Shown piece after piece: positions 1-11,402 of a DNA stretch of 64,000 nt. Where the stretch lies: NCBI GenBank assembly GCA_963695555.1, contig CAVOGR010000001.1, positions 1,077,716 to 1,141,715 on the forward strand, read 5' to 3'. Source of the DNA: an uncultured Gemmatimonadales bacterium (GTDB lineage: Bacteria > Gemmatimonadota > Gemmatimonadetes > Gemmatimonadales > GWC2-71-9). A program made the position numbers and the translations under genes. The notes under the pieces are model-generated. The model saw only the letters and a list, made by a program, of their open reading frames with translations, made no database searches and was not told the origin of the DNA. The first letter of the stretch is position 1. Every line of letters begins with the position of its first letter.

Positions 1-31
1 ATCCCCTTCCTCATCGTGCCATCTTAAGTCC

Positions 32-1828
32 ATGACGCTGGTCTTGATTCTCCTCGGTGCGGTGGGGATGGCCGTCGCCACCTACTGGTGGCTGGAACGC
101 ATCGGTCGTCGAGCCTGGCTTGCCGCGGCATTCCGGGCACTCGCCTGGAGTGCTCTCGGCGTGCTTGTCCTCAACCTGAGCTGCGCCACACGCCGACCGG
201 CCGGCCCGCCGATCGCACTGCTCGATGCCTCGCTGAGCTACTCCGGCTCGGCGCGGTGGACGGCGTTGCGGGACAGTCTGTCTGGTGTCGCGGACGTGTG
301 GTACTTCGGCGACCAGCGCCCGGCGCGAGACTCGAGCGCGCGCGGTACGTCGCGGCTCGGCCCCGCCCTCAGCACCGCCGCTGCCACCAACCGGTCCATC
401 GTGGTCTATACCGACGGCGAGCTGGACGATGTGCAGGATATCCCTGCCGACATCCTCGCCCGCGCCCGCGTGAACGTGCTGGCCCGGGAGCCTGAAGGCG
501 ATGTAGCCCTGGTTCGAATTCGGGGGCCGGAGCGGGTCACGCAAGGCGACACGCTCACGCTCGAAGCGGAGGTTCTCGCTTCGCCAACCAGCCAGGTCCA
601 ACGGATCGGCGTGGTGTTGGGCGCCGGATCCATCCGTCTCGCGAGAGCCTCCGTTGACATCGAGCCCGGCGGACGCACGCGAGTCCAGCTCCGGGCGCCG
701 ACCACCCGGCTCCCTGTCGGCGAGCAGCTGGTCACGATCGCACTCGATGGCGTTGTGGACAGCGAGTCGCGCACCGACATGAGGCTCCACCACGTCGAGA
801 TCGTCCCGACCCCGGGCGTGGTCATCTTGGCCAGTCCGCCGGATTGGGACGCGAAGTTCCTTTACCGTGCACTCAAGGAAGTCTCTGACCTCCCGGTTCG
901 CGGGTACAGCCGCGTGACCGATGGCGCGTGGCATGGCATGCACGACCTCGGGTTGGTATCCGAGTCGGTCGTGCGCCGCGCCGCCCTGGGGGCCGACCTG
1001 CTGATCCTCAAGGGACGCGACGAGGGTCTGGGTCCTGGCCCGGGCACCAGGGCCGTGTGGCGATGGCCAAGCGGCGAGAATGGCGTGACGACGCTGGAGG
1101 GGGATTGGTACGTGACGCCTGAACCCGGCTCTCCCGTGTCCGAAGCCTTCCTTGGACTCCCCGTCGATTCCTTTCCCCCGGCAACACAGGTGACGCCGAT
1201 CGATACGGTAACCGGCGGATGGACCGCTCTGACTGCCCAAGCGGGGCGGCGCGGAGCGTCCCGGAGCATCGTCACGGGCTTCGACGACGGCCGGCGGAGA
1301 CGGCTCGTGGTTGGGGCAGACGGCTTCTGGCGCTGGACCTTTCGAGGAGGGAGCAGCGAGCAAGGGTACCGATCCTTCGTGGCGTCGGCCGCCACCTGGC
1401 TCCTCGGCGGGGCAGATTCGGCGCGCGGCCCTGCCGTGGTGGTGCACGCGGTGGTAGAGCGCGGCCGTCCCGTGGTGTTCCGTGCTGCGGTGAGGGACTC
1501 ATCATCCGCCCTGCCCGTTCACTTGAGCGGGCCCGCTGGTGCCAGGACCGACACGCTCAGGTGGGACGGCATCGGCGAGGCGAAGGTATGGCTGGCTCCG
1601 GGGGAATATCGTTACCACTTTGCGTCGGGCGGTCCCGAGCATGTGATCGGGGTGGAGGAGTATTCCACTGAATGGCTGGTGCGCCCTCCCACGCTTGCCA
1701 GCGCCGCAGCCGGCGTGACGCGGCAGACCGGCCGGGCCTCCGCCCGCGAAGCGCTCTGGCTGTTCGGCCTGGGCATCTTGGGATTGGTCGGCGAGTGGAC
1801 CGTTCGGCGCCGGTTGGGGCTCCGATGA
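32..1828 (+). CDS. Conserved hypothetical membrane protein (N- and C-terminal TM helices, degenerate vWA-like and Ig-like regions)
   Basis: 598-aa ORF with hydrophobic N-terminal segments, LLDASLS and VYTDGE vWA-like motifs, and the C-terminal LVGEWTVRRRLGLR tail. Its stop overlaps the ftsY start (ATGA). Confidence 0.75.
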   Translation: MTLVLILLGAVGMAVATYWWLERIGRRAWLAAAFRALAWSALGVLVLNLSCATRRPAGPPIALLDASLSYSGSARWTALRDSLSGVADVWYFGDQRPARDSSARGTSRLGPALSTAAATNRSIVVYTDGELDDVQDIPADILARARVNVLAREPEGDVALVRIRGPERVTQGDTLTLEAEVLASPTSQVQRIGVVLGAGSIRLARASVDIEPGGRTRVQLRAPTTRLPVGEQLVTIALDGVVDSESRTDMRLHHVEIVPTPGVVILASPPDWDAKFLYRALKEVSDLPVRGYSRVTDGAWHGMHDLGLVSESVVRRAALGADLLILKGRDEGLGPGPGTRAVWRWPSGENGVTTLEGDWYVTPEPGSPVSEAFLGLPVDSFPPATQVTPIDTVTGGWTALTAQAGRRGASRSIVTGFDDGRRRRLVVGADGFWRWTFRGGSSEQGYRSFVASAATWLLGGADSARGPAVVVHAVVERGRPVVFRAAVRDSSSALPVHLSGPAGARTDTLRWDGIGEAKVWLAPGEYRYHFASGGPEHVIGVEEYSTEWLVRPPTLASAAAGVTRQTGRASAREALWLFGLGILGLVGEWTVRRRLGLR

Positions 1829-2754
1829 GCGACAAACGACTCGGGGCGTCACAGAACCGTGGCGTGTGGCAGCGGATCAAACGGCTGGCCCTCACCGATG
1901 TGGGTGCCCTGGTCCGGCGCTTGAATGCCGACGATCTCGAGGCTATCGAACGCATTCTGATCGAGGCGGACTTCGGAGTGCAGGCTACCGTCGAGCTCAC
2001 CGAGGCATTGGAAGATGAGGTGCGGCGAGGGAAGGCCAAGACGGAGGCCGACCTCAAGGCCTCGCTCCGGCAGCGGTTGGTGGACGTGTTAACCGGCCCA
2101 CCCAATCCCGGGCAGATTGCGGTAGCGGAAGGCGGCGGGGCCACCGTCGTCCTCTTGGTCGGTGTCAACGGCGTCGGGAAGACGACCACGCTGGCCAAAC
2201 TCGCGGCCCGGCTTACCGGTGAAGGCCGGCGGGTGCTCGTCGCCGCGGCCGACACGTACCGTGCTGGTGCCATCGAGCAATTGGAAGCATGGGCGGAGCG
2301 GCTCGGCGTAGACTGCGTGTCCGGCCGTCCAGGTGGCGACCCGGCCGCCGTCGCATTCGACGCTGTGGATGCGGCGGCGGCCCGCGGCGCGGACACGGTG
2401 CTGATCGACACCGCGGGGCGGCTCCATACCCAAGACGATCTCATGGAGGAACTCCGTAAGGTGAGCCGCGTCGTGGCCCGCCGGGCGCCGGGAGCGCCAC
2501 ACGAGACACTCTTGGTGTTGGACGGAACGGTTGGCCAGAATGCTGTCCAGCAAGGAAAGATGTTCCGCGATGCGGTTGCCCCAACCGGTCTCATCGTGAC
2601 CAAACTCGATGGCAGTGCGCGAGGTGGCGCCGTCGTGGCCCTCCGTCGCGAGTTGGACCTCCCGATTCGTTTTATCGGCGTGGGCGAAGGACTGGACGAC
2701 CTGGAGCCGTTCGATCCCGGCCGCTACGCCGATCTCCTGCTCGCGGAGGCCTGA
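1825..2754 (+). CDS. ftsY: Signal recognition particle receptor FtsY (NG-domain-only form)
   Basis: GVNGVGKTTT, DTYRAGA, DTAGRLHT, TKLDGSARGG and GVGE..DDL motifs. ATG at 1825 is coupled to the upstream stop. Confidence 0.96.
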   Translation: MSDKRLGASQNRGVWQRIKRLALTDVGALVRRLNADDLEAIERILIEADFGVQATVELTEALEDEVRRGKAKTEADLKASLRQRLVDVLTGPPNPGQIAVAEGGGATVVLLVGVNGVGKTTTLAKLAARLTGEGRRVLVAAADTYRAGAIEQLEAWAERLGVDCVSGRPGGDPAAVAFDAVDAAAARGADTVLIDTAGRLHTQDDLMEELRKVSRVVARRAPGAPHETLLVLDGTVGQNAVQQGKMFRDAVAPTGLIVTKLDGSARGGAVVALRRELDLPIRFIGVGEGLDDLEPFDPGRYADLLLAEA

Positions 2755-2760
2755 CCGGCC

Positions 2761-4830
2761 GTGACGGTCCGGCTCGATACCAGCGTCCAATTCCTCAAGG
2801 GCATCGGTGCCCGCCGGGCCGAGTCCTTGAGCCGACTCGGCATCCGAACCGCGCGGGATCTGCTGTGGCATCTGCCCCATCGATACGTCGACGCGTCGAC
2901 GGTCACTCCCCTGGCCAAGGCACGGGTGGGTGACGATGTGGCCTGTGTTGGTCGCGTGGTCGACACGGGTGTGCAGCCTACCCGGCGCGGCCTTCGGATC
3001 TTTCGGGCGGTACTCCGCGACGACTCCGGTGTGCTGGAATGTGCCTGGCCGGGCCAAGCGTTTCTCGACCGGAGCATCCGAGTTGGGCAACTCCTCCTCG
3101 TGGCGGGTCCGGTGCGGTTCTATCATGGGCGGCAGATGGCTCCCCGCGAGTTCGTGGTCTTGGGCGACGCCGACGGTGAGGACACTGAAGGCACAGACGC
3201 GGGAAAGATCCTCCCGGTGTACCCGGCAACCGAGGGGTTGAGCCACAAGATCATTCGCAGCTTGATCGATCGGCATCTGGAAGCGTTGCTCGCCCTGAGT
3301 CATGATCACATGCCCGATCCGCTGCGCCACCGGCTTGGGTTGCCGACCCTGCCGGACGCATTGCGGGCGGTCCATCGGCCTCGATCGCTCGACGAGGCCG
3401 AGCAAGGACGCCGTCGGCTTGCGTTCGATGAATTGTTTGATTTGCAGCTTACCTTGGTCCGGGCACGCGCTGTGGCCAAACGGGCACGCGGTGGAATCGC
3501 GTTTGAGATCCGCCGTGAGCTTACCTCACGGTTGAAGAACCACCTGCCGTTCAGCCTGACTGCCGACCAGCGACAGGCGATTCGCGAAATTACCGCGGAC
3601 ATGACGGCGCCCGACCGGATGCACCGGTTGTTGATGGGCGACGTCGGGACCGGGAAGACCATCGTTGCGCTCTTCGCCATGCTCCTGGCCGTCGAGAACG
3701 ACTACCAAGCGGCGATGATGGCGCCGACCGAACTCCTGGCCGAGCAACATGCTGCCACGCTCGAGCGACTCTTGGAGCCGCTCGCCATCGCGCCCGAGCT
3801 GATCCTTGGCCGTCAGACATCGAGTGAGAAGGCAGCCTCGCGGGAGCGCCTCGCCGACGGACGCTCGCGGATCGTCGTAGGGACACATGCGCTGCTCCAG
3901 GATACGGTGTCATTCCACCGGTTGGGCCTCGTGGTCATCGACGAGCAACACCGTTTCGGGGTCGAGCAGCGCGCCACGCTGATCGGCAAGGGCGATACCC
4001 CGGATGTCTTGCTGCTCTCCGCCACCCCCATTCCCCGCTCGCTGGCCCTCACGCTCTATGGGGATCTCGATATCTCGACGCTTCGGGAGCGCCCACCCGG
4101 ACGCGGGGACGTCCGCACCGCGATTCGAACGCCGGCTGAACGGAACCGCGTGCTCGACTTCGTCCGGGAGCGTTGCGTGGCTGGCGGTCAGGCATACGTG
4201 GTCCTCCCGGTCATCGAGGAATCGGAACGCGCCGACCTTCGCGCCGCGACGACCATGGCCCAGCGCCTGGCCGCGCGCTGGCCCGATTTGCGGGTCGGCC
4301 TGGTCCACGGCCGGTTGAAGCCTGATGAACGAGACCAGGTCATGCGCGATTTCCGGGCAGGGAACGTCGATTTGTTGGTTGCCACCAGCGTTATCGAGGT
4401 CGGGATCGACGTGCCCAATGCCACCGTCATGTTGGTGGAGCATCCCGAACGGTTCGGGCTCGCCCAGCTCCACCAGCTTCGGGGGCGGGTGGGGCGCGGT
4501 GCGGCCGAGAGTCACTGCATTCTTCAGATCGAGGACCGCATTCTCCCACGGCTCGAGGCGTTCGCCGCCACCAACGACGGTTTTACGGTGGCCGAATTGG
4601 ACCTGGCGGAGCGAGGGATGGGAGACCTCATCGGGGCGCGGCAAAGCGGTGGATTCGAGCTACGCCATGCCCGCCTGCCGCAAGATGCCGAGCTGCTTGG
4701 CCAGGCACGGGCCCTCGCATCCGAGATCATCGCGGCCGACCCCGAACTCCAAAAGCCCGCCGGGCGCGCCATGCGTGAGCGGGCCGTAGCCCGCTACCCC
4801 AAAGCGATGGAACTGTTTCGGGTTGGTTGA
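2761..4830 (+). CDS. recG: ATP-dependent DNA helicase RecG
   Basis: LKGIG N-terminus, wedge/OB region, GDVGTGKT, DEQHRFGV, SATPIPRSL and QLRGRVGRG motifs. Confidence 0.97.
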   Translation: MTVRLDTSVQFLKGIGARRAESLSRLGIRTARDLLWHLPHRYVDASTVTPLAKARVGDDVACVGRVVDTGVQPTRRGLRIFRAVLRDDSGVLECAWPGQAFLDRSIRVGQLLLVAGPVRFYHGRQMAPREFVVLGDADGEDTEGTDAGKILPVYPATEGLSHKIIRSLIDRHLEALLALSHDHMPDPLRHRLGLPTLPDALRAVHRPRSLDEAEQGRRRLAFDELFDLQLTLVRARAVAKRARGGIAFEIRRELTSRLKNHLPFSLTADQRQAIREITADMTAPDRMHRLLMGDVGTGKTIVALFAMLLAVENDYQAAMMAPTELLAEQHAATLERLLEPLAIAPELILGRQTSSEKAASRERLADGRSRIVVGTHALLQDTVSFHRLGLVVIDEQHRFGVEQRATLIGKGDTPDVLLLSATPIPRSLALTLYGDLDISTLRERPPGRGDVRTAIRTPAERNRVLDFVRERCVAGGQAYVVLPVIEESERADLRAATTMAQRLAARWPDLRVGLVHGRLKPDERDQVMRDFRAGNVDLLVATSVIEVGIDVPNATVMLVEHPERFGLAQLHQLRGRVGRGAAESHCILQIEDRILPRLEAFAATNDGFTVAELDLAERGMGDLIGARQSGGFELRHARLPQDAELLGQARALASEIIAADPELQKPAGRAMRERAVARYPKAMELFRVG

Positions 4831-4840
4831 CTGAGCTGAT

Positions 4841-5302
4841 TCAGAACCGGATCTGGAACCCCAGCCCGACCCCGTTCGAGAATTGCTGGACGACGGGCGC
4901 GAACGGCTCATTTTCCGGCGGCGAGTCGACGGACCGCGTCAGCTCCCAGACGAACAATGCGGTGGCACCGAGTAACGCGGCTTCGCCCGCGATGAGCCAG
5001 CGCGTGGCCTTCTCGTCGAGGGCCAGGGTTTCCTGATACAGCTGTTCGGTGACGGGGTCCATATAGCGTCCTGACTGTTCGAGCTCACATCGGAGTGCAT
5101 TCGGCGCCGCACAGCGGGCATCGATGCGATCGAAGGAACGGTTGGCGTCGTTGTGGGCATCGGCAGCCGCGATGTTGAACCCGATCGAGGCGGCCAGTGC
5201 CACCCACTTGCCATACTTGACGAGCGGGCGCGACATCTGTGCGGCGGCCGACGTCGGGGCGACGACGAGCATGGCAAGGAGGAAGGGCAGGGCGCGGTTC
5301 AT
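4841..5302 (-). CDS. Hypothetical exported/membrane protein
   Basis: 153-aa ORF with a signal peptide (..SAAAQ), two hydrophobic segments and C-terminal GLGFQIRF. Coupled to the upstream gene (TAATG). Confidence 0.75.
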   Translation of the reverse strand: MNRALPFLLAMLVVAPTSAAAQMSRPLVKYGKWVALAASIGFNIAAADAHNDANRSFDRIDARCAAPNALRCELEQSGRYMDPVTEQLYQETLALDEKATRWLIAGEAALLGATALFVWELTRSVDSPPENEPFAPVVQQFSNGVGLGFQIRF

Positions 5303-6396
5303 TATTGCTGGTAGCGAGAGAAATCTCCGATTCCACCGATCACCACAATGCCGTCCTCAAGCACAACCGGTGCCATTCGGATGGGTTGCCACATGACGAG
5401 GCGCCAGTCCTCGGTGCCGTTGGCTCCGATGGCTCGTATGACCCCGTCGGCTCCGCCCACCAAGACCCATTGGCGAAACTGAACGGGCGGGGCGGTAACC
5501 GGCGAATGGAGCGCCGCCATGACTCTGGCCCGGGGGCTGGGAGCGGGCCCGAGGTCGATCTCGTACAGGGTCCCGCTGCGGCTGACGACGAATGCGGTGT
5601 CGCCGTGCACAGCCGGGGGTTCCAGGATCGCGGCATCGAGCGCCACTCGCCAGACAATCGCCAGGTCGCGCGGGCGGAGCCCGATGAGTAGCGAGTCTGT
5701 GGTGCCGGCAACGAGGAGCTCGCCGGAGCGGCGCCAGCCACCCAGCACGGCCCCCGGCGAGGCGGCGCGGTGCAGCACGTGGCCGTCACCCGTGGTGAGG
5801 CAATAGATCGAATCCGTCGTGGCAAAGACCGTGGTGTCGATCCCGCTCTGGTAGGCCGCCGCGCGCGATGAGCCGAGCCGCCGCTCCCACACCTTTACTC
5901 CGGTCTTGGCGTCGAGACCGACGAGTCGACCGTCGAACGTCGGAACGAGAATGCGACCGTCCGCAAGCGTGATCGGGGCGCTAGGCTTTCCCGCATCGTG
6001 CTCCCACAGAATGTCGCCGTCTGCTGCTCGAAGGGCCACGACGCGACTGTTTGGTCGGTCGGTCACGGCGTAGAGCGTGTCGCCGGAACGGACGACGCCC
6101 CCGAACACCGATCCAGGGAGCCGCTTGCTCCAGCGCGTCTCCCCGGTGGCAAGGTCGATCGCGTACACCCGGCGATCGGCGTCTCCGACGAACATGATCG
6201 AATCCACCATGGCCACTGCACCCGAGGCGCCGCGCCCCGTCTTGGCGTTCCAGCGCTCTGCCAAGGGGATGGTGCCGGCATTCTCCGGCATGGGCTGGAG
6301 CTTCGGGCGGTAATTCAGGCACGCCGCGTTGACGAGGCTCAGGAGCACGGCTAGACTGAAGCCGCCGCCGGACCATCGAACCTTCAGCGCGAGCAC
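5302..6396 (-). CDS. PQQ-like beta-propeller lipoprotein (BamB-like); start uncertain
   Basis: Repeated A.D..TG...W PQQ-type blades (AIDLATGETRW, GLDAKTGVKVW) and a LVNAAC lipobox. Confidence 0.85.
   Translation of the reverse strand: MLALKVRWSGGGFSLAVLLSLVNAACLNYRPKLQPMPENAGTIPLAERWNAKTGRGASGAVAMVDSIMFVGDADRRVYAIDLATGETRWSKRLPGSVFGGVVRSGDTLYAVTDRPNSRVVALRAADGDILWEHDAGKPSAPITLADGRILVPTFDGRLVGLDAKTGVKVWERRLGSSRAAAYQSGIDTTVFATTDSIYCLTTGDGHVLHRAASPGAVLGGWRRSGELLVAGTTDSLLIGLRPRDLAIVWRVALDAAILEPPAVHGDTAFVVSRSGTLYEIDLGPAPSPRARVMAALHSPVTAPPVQFRQWVLVGGADGVIRAIGANGTEDWRLVMWQPIRMAPVVLEDGIVVIGGIGDFSRYQQ
6329..6357 (+). promoter_or_regulatory. Putative sigma70 promoter for asnS
   Basis: TTGACG-17 bp-TAGACT, about 40 bp upstream of the asnS ATG, within the 5' end of the divergent gene. 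Confidence 0.45.
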
Positions 6397-6399
6397 GGC

Positions 6400-7695
<1,296 letters not shown>

Positions 7696-7714
7696 GCCCG
7701 CCGCGCCCCGCGGC

Positions 7715-8476
7715 TCATGGTTCGTTTTTCGATTCGTCCCAGAGCCGGTCGAGCACCTCCAGCCCCGCCGCATGCACGTTGATGTGCCGCGTCTCCGCCA
7801 GGCGCTCCATCGCGGTGAACCGGCGCCGGAACTTGCGATTGGCCGCATCCAACGCCACCCCGGGGGGCACGCCGGCCTTGCGTGCCAGATTCACCACCGC
7901 AAACAGCAAATCGCCGATCTCTTCGCTCACGCGGTGACCGCGTTCGGCGTCGCCTGACTCGGCAAACTCCGCCTCGCATTCGGCGAGTTCTTCGCGGACC
8001 TTGTCGGCCGGCCCCGCGGTATCGGGCCAATCGAACCCGACGGCGGCGGCGCGTTCTTGGAGGCGTTGGGCCATGAGAAGCGGCGGCAAGGTAGGTGGCA
8101 GCCCGTCCAACAGGCTCCCATCCTGCCCGCGCTCGCGATGTTTGATGACCTCCCAGGACTCCTTCGGCCCACCGTCGAACAGGTGCGGGTGCCGTCGCTG
8201 AATCTTCCGCTCCAACGTCTCGGCGACGTCTGCGGCCGTGAACTCACCGGACTCCTCCGCCAGCACCAATTGGAAAGCGACGTTGAGCAACACGTCTGCG
8301 AGTTCATGCCGGATCTCCTCGGCCGATCCGCGGGCGAGCGCGTCATCGAGCTCGAGCGCCTCTTCGACCAAGTAGGGCCGAAGCGTCTCGCGCGTTTGGG
8401 CCCCGTCCCATGGGCACCGTTCGCGGAGGTCGGCCACCAGGGCCATGGCGCGCCCAAGCGCTGAATTGTCTTGCAT
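7715..8476 (-). CDS. mazG: Nucleoside triphosphate pyrophosphohydrolase MazG
   Basis: LRERCPWD..QT, RRHPHLF, VGFDWP and EEIGDLLFAVVNLAR tandem MazG domains, with a GGAGG SD upstream on the - strand. Confidence 0.95.
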   Translation of the reverse strand: MQDNSALGRAMALVADLRERCPWDGAQTRETLRPYLVEEALELDDALARGSAEEIRHELADVLLNVAFQLVLAEESGEFTAADVAETLERKIQRRHPHLFDGGPKESWEVIKHRERGQDGSLLDGLPPTLPPLLMAQRLQERAAAVGFDWPDTAGPADKVREELAECEAEFAESGDAERGHRVSEEIGDLLFAVVNLARKAGVPPGVALDAANRKFRRRFTAMERLAETRHINVHAAGLEVLDRLWDESKNEP

Positions 8477-8499
8477 TTATCCTCCTTGGCCCATATGAT
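8471..8499 (+). promoter_or_regulatory. Putative sigma70 promoter for the alr-deoB-cdd operon
   Basis: TTGCAT-17 bp-TATGAT spanning the mazG start codon and the 35-bp divergent gap. Confidence 0.5.
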
Positions 8500-8511
8500 A
8501 CGCGCCGTCTT

Positions 8512-9594
8512 GTGAGCCAGTCAAACCAGCGGCCGGTCGCCCGTGCCTGGGCGGATGTCGATCTCGGCGCGATCGTCGCCAACGCGAACACCGTGGCCTC
8601 CGTTTCCCAGAGCCGCCTCTTGCCGATGGTCAAGGCCAACGGCTATGGGCTGGGTGCGGTCCAGGTCGCCGGGGCGCTCGAGTCGCTCGACCCCTGGGGA
8701 TACGGCGTCGCCACGCTGGCCGAGGGGGCCGAACTTCGGTCGGCAGGCATCGATCGGCCTGTCGCCGTGTTCAGTCCGCTCGTGCCGGAGGACGTCGCTG
8801 ATGTGCTCCGGCACGATCTCCGCCCCGCGATCGGCGACCTTCCGGCATTAGAGGCGTGGATCGGTGCCACTGACCGGCCATTCCACCTCGAGATCGATAC
8901 CGGCATGGCTCGCGCCGGACTGCGCTGGCACGACGCCGACGCGTTGGCCCACGCGCTCCGGCTGGTGGCATCGGCACCCGGGTGGGAAGGGGTCTTCACG
9001 CACTTCCACTCAGCCGACACCGACGACTCGGCGACGACCACGCAGTGGGAACGGTTTCACAGCGTGCTCCAAAAACTGCCCCGGCGGCCGGCCTTGATTC
9101 ACGCGGCCAACAGCGCCGCCGCACTCCGTGGCACCCGCTTTTCGGGCGACCTGGTCCGCCCCGGGATCTTCCTTTATGGCGGAGCGGTGGGCGGTCACGA
9201 GCCGGCGGTGGCGGTTCGATTGCAGGCTCCCGTGGTGTCGCTGCGAACGATCAGGGCTGGCGATACGGTGAGCTACGGCGCGACCTGGACCGCACCGGCT
9301 TCGACTGAGATCGCAACGATTGGGATTGGGTACGCCGATGGCGTGCCCCGCGTGCTGGGCGGTCGGACCGATGTCGAATTGGCCGGCGCCCGCCGTCCGC
9401 TCGTAGGTCGAGTCACCATGGACCTCTCCATGGTTGCGGTCCCGGCCGGCACGGTCCAATGTGGCGATGTGGCGACGGTCTACGGGGGACTCGTCTCCCT
9501 CAGTGAGCAAGCTGAGCGAGCGGGAACCATTTCGTATGAACTGCTGACCGCCCTCGGAGGGCGGGTACCTCGACTCTACCGGCACCGATCATGA
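8512..9594 (+). CDS. alr: Alanine racemase
   Basis: MVKANGYGLG PLP-lysine motif, HLEIDTGMAR, IGYADG, GRVTMD and GTISYELL. GTG at 8512 chosen to avoid overlap with mazG. Confidence 0.96.
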   Translation: MSQSNQRPVARAWADVDLGAIVANANTVASVSQSRLLPMVKANGYGLGAVQVAGALESLDPWGYGVATLAEGAELRSAGIDRPVAVFSPLVPEDVADVLRHDLRPAIGDLPALEAWIGATDRPFHLEIDTGMARAGLRWHDADALAHALRLVASAPGWEGVFTHFHSADTDDSATTTQWERFHSVLQKLPRRPALIHAANSAAALRGTRFSGDLVRPGIFLYGGAVGGHEPAVAVRLQAPVVSLRTIRAGDTVSYGATWTAPASTEIATIGIGYADGVPRVLGGRTDVELAGARRPLVGRVTMDLSMVAVPAGTVQCGDVATVYGGLVSLSEQAERAGTISYELLTALGGRVPRLYRHRS

Positions 9595-9845
9595 ATCCAC
9601 ACTTTGCATCGTTGGTCTTGGGATTGGCACAACAGGCACAGGCCGCACTCGACGGCCAGCTCCCGCCGGGCGCCGAGCAATTGGGTGCACCCGACCCCAA
9701 AGACGTGGCTCAAGCCCTGATCGATACCCTCGGCATGCTGGAGCAAAAGACCACCGGGCAGCTCGACGCCGAGGAACACGCGCTCCTCACCCAGACGCTC
9801 ACGTCCCTCCGGTTCCGCTTCGTTCAGGCTTCTTCCGCACAGTGA
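9591..9845 (+). CDS. DUF1844-like small protein
   Basis: AQALIDTLGMLEQKTTGQLDAEE..LL...L..LR..FV pattern; coupled to neighbours on both sides. Confidence 0.8.
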   Translation: MNPHFASLVLGLAQQAQAALDGQLPPGAEQLGAPDPKDVAQALIDTLGMLEQKTTGQLDAEEHALLTQTLTSLRFRFVQASSAQ

Positions 9846-11011
9846 CGCGACGGGCTGCAATCGTCGTGCTGGACGGACTTGGCATCGGACCGGCCCACGA
9901 CACCGACCAGTACGGTGACTCGGGAAGCCACACCCTGGGCAACGTGGTGCGGTCGGCGTCCGACCTCCGACTGCCGAACCTCGAGGCGCTGGGCCTGGGA
10001 CGCACCGCGGACTTGGGGTCGATCCGGTCGGTGAGCACTCCCCAGGCCGCGCACGGGAGCTGCGAGCCGGCGAGCCCGGGCAAGGACAGCACCACCGGGC
10101 ATTGGGAAATCTGTGGGCTCGTGCTACCTGAGCCTTTCCCCACGTTTCCCAAAGGATTTCCCGAGGACCTGCTTCGAGAATTTTCCCGGCAGACCGGTCG
10201 CGGTGTGCTCGCGAACAAGGCAGGCTCGGGCACGGCGCTCCTAAAGGAATTTGGGGCGGCGCACGTGGCGTCCGGCGACTGGATCGTATACACGTCGGCC
10301 GACAGCGTGTTCCAAGTAGCGGCCCATGAAGACGTGGTTCCGCTGGAGGAGTTGTACCGCGCCTGTGCGATCGCGCGGGACATGCTTCAACCGCCGGTCG
10401 GTGTTTCCCGCGTCATCGCACGACCGTTCCATGGCTCGGCGGGGCGGTGGGAGCGCACGCCCGATCGCAGGGATTTCAGCCTGGCGCCTCCCGGCGTGAC
10501 GTTGCTCGATCGATTGGCGGCAGCCGGCATTGCCCGGGTGGGCGTGGGGAAGGTGGACGACCTGTTTGCCGGCCGGGCCATCGAGAGCATCCATACCAAG
10601 ACCAATCAAGAGGCCTATCGTCTCATTCGCGATGTGCTCCAGACCATGGCCCAGGGCTTCCTCTTCGCCAACGTGATCGAGTTCGATCAGACGTGGGGGC
10701 ATCGCAACGACATCCAGGGATTCGTGGACGGACTCCGCGAGTTGGATGAGGCCATTCCGTCGATCCTCGATGCAACTCGGGCGGACGACCTCATTATCTT
10801 TACCGCCGACCACGGCAACGACCCCACGACGCCCTCGACCGATCACTCTCGCGAGGTCGTTCCCGTATTGGCCTACGGCCCCAAGATTGCGGCGATTGAT
10901 CTGGGACGGCGGGCTACCTTTGCCGACATGGGTCAGACGGTCGCCGAGTTTCTGGGGGTCGATCCCTTATCTGCCGGCAAGTCGTTCTTGAGCGAGGTGT
11001 GGCGTGGGTGA
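9842..11011 (+). CDS. deoB: Phosphopentomutase
   Basis: IVVLDGLGIG, GKDSTTGHWE, YTSADSVFQVAAHE, GHRND and TADHGNDPT..STDHSRE. Confidence 0.96.
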   Translation: MTRRAAIVVLDGLGIGPAHDTDQYGDSGSHTLGNVVRSASDLRLPNLEALGLGRTADLGSIRSVSTPQAAHGSCEPASPGKDSTTGHWEICGLVLPEPFPTFPKGFPEDLLREFSRQTGRGVLANKAGSGTALLKEFGAAHVASGDWIVYTSADSVFQVAAHEDVVPLEELYRACAIARDMLQPPVGVSRVIARPFHGSAGRWERTPDRRDFSLAPPGVTLLDRLAAAGIARVGVGKVDDLFAGRAIESIHTKTNQEAYRLIRDVLQTMAQGFLFANVIEFDQTWGHRNDIQGFVDGLRELDEAIPSILDATRADDLIIFTADHGNDPTTPSTDHSREVVPVLAYGPKIAAIDLGRRATFADMGQTVAEFLGVDPLSAGKSFLSEVWRG

Positions 11012-11402
11012 TGCCTTAGTGGACGGCGCGCGGCGGGCACAAGCCGCCGCGCATGCGCCCTACTCGAAGTTTCCGGTCGGAGCAGCACTGGAGTCGGTTG
11101 ACGGCACGGTGTTCTTCGGGTGCAATGTGGAGAACGCGTCCTACGGGCTCACCATATGTGCCGAACGTGCGGCACTGGTGGCAGCCGTGGTGAGCGGGGC
11201 TCATCGATTCCGGCGACTCGCGGTCGCCACATCGGTCGACCCGCCTGCCTCGCCCTGCGGCGCGTGTCGCCAAATGCTCGCGGAATTCGGCTTGGATCTC
11301 GAGATCGTGGCCGTCGGTCCCACCGAGCGGCGCGAGTGGACGCTCGGAGACCTCCTGCCCGATGCGTTTCTGCCTGATCGTTTACCGCGCGGCGACCAAT
11401 GA
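11004..11402 (+). CDS. cdd: Cytidine deaminase
   Basis: APYSKFPVGAA, GCNVENASYGLTICAER and PCGACRQ zinc motif. Confidence 0.96.
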   Translation: MGDALVDGARRAQAAAHAPYSKFPVGAALESVDGTVFFGCNVENASYGLTICAERAALVAAVVSGAHRFRRLAVATSVDPPASPCGACRQMLAEFGLDLEIVAVGPTERREWTLGDLLPDAFLPDRLPRGDQ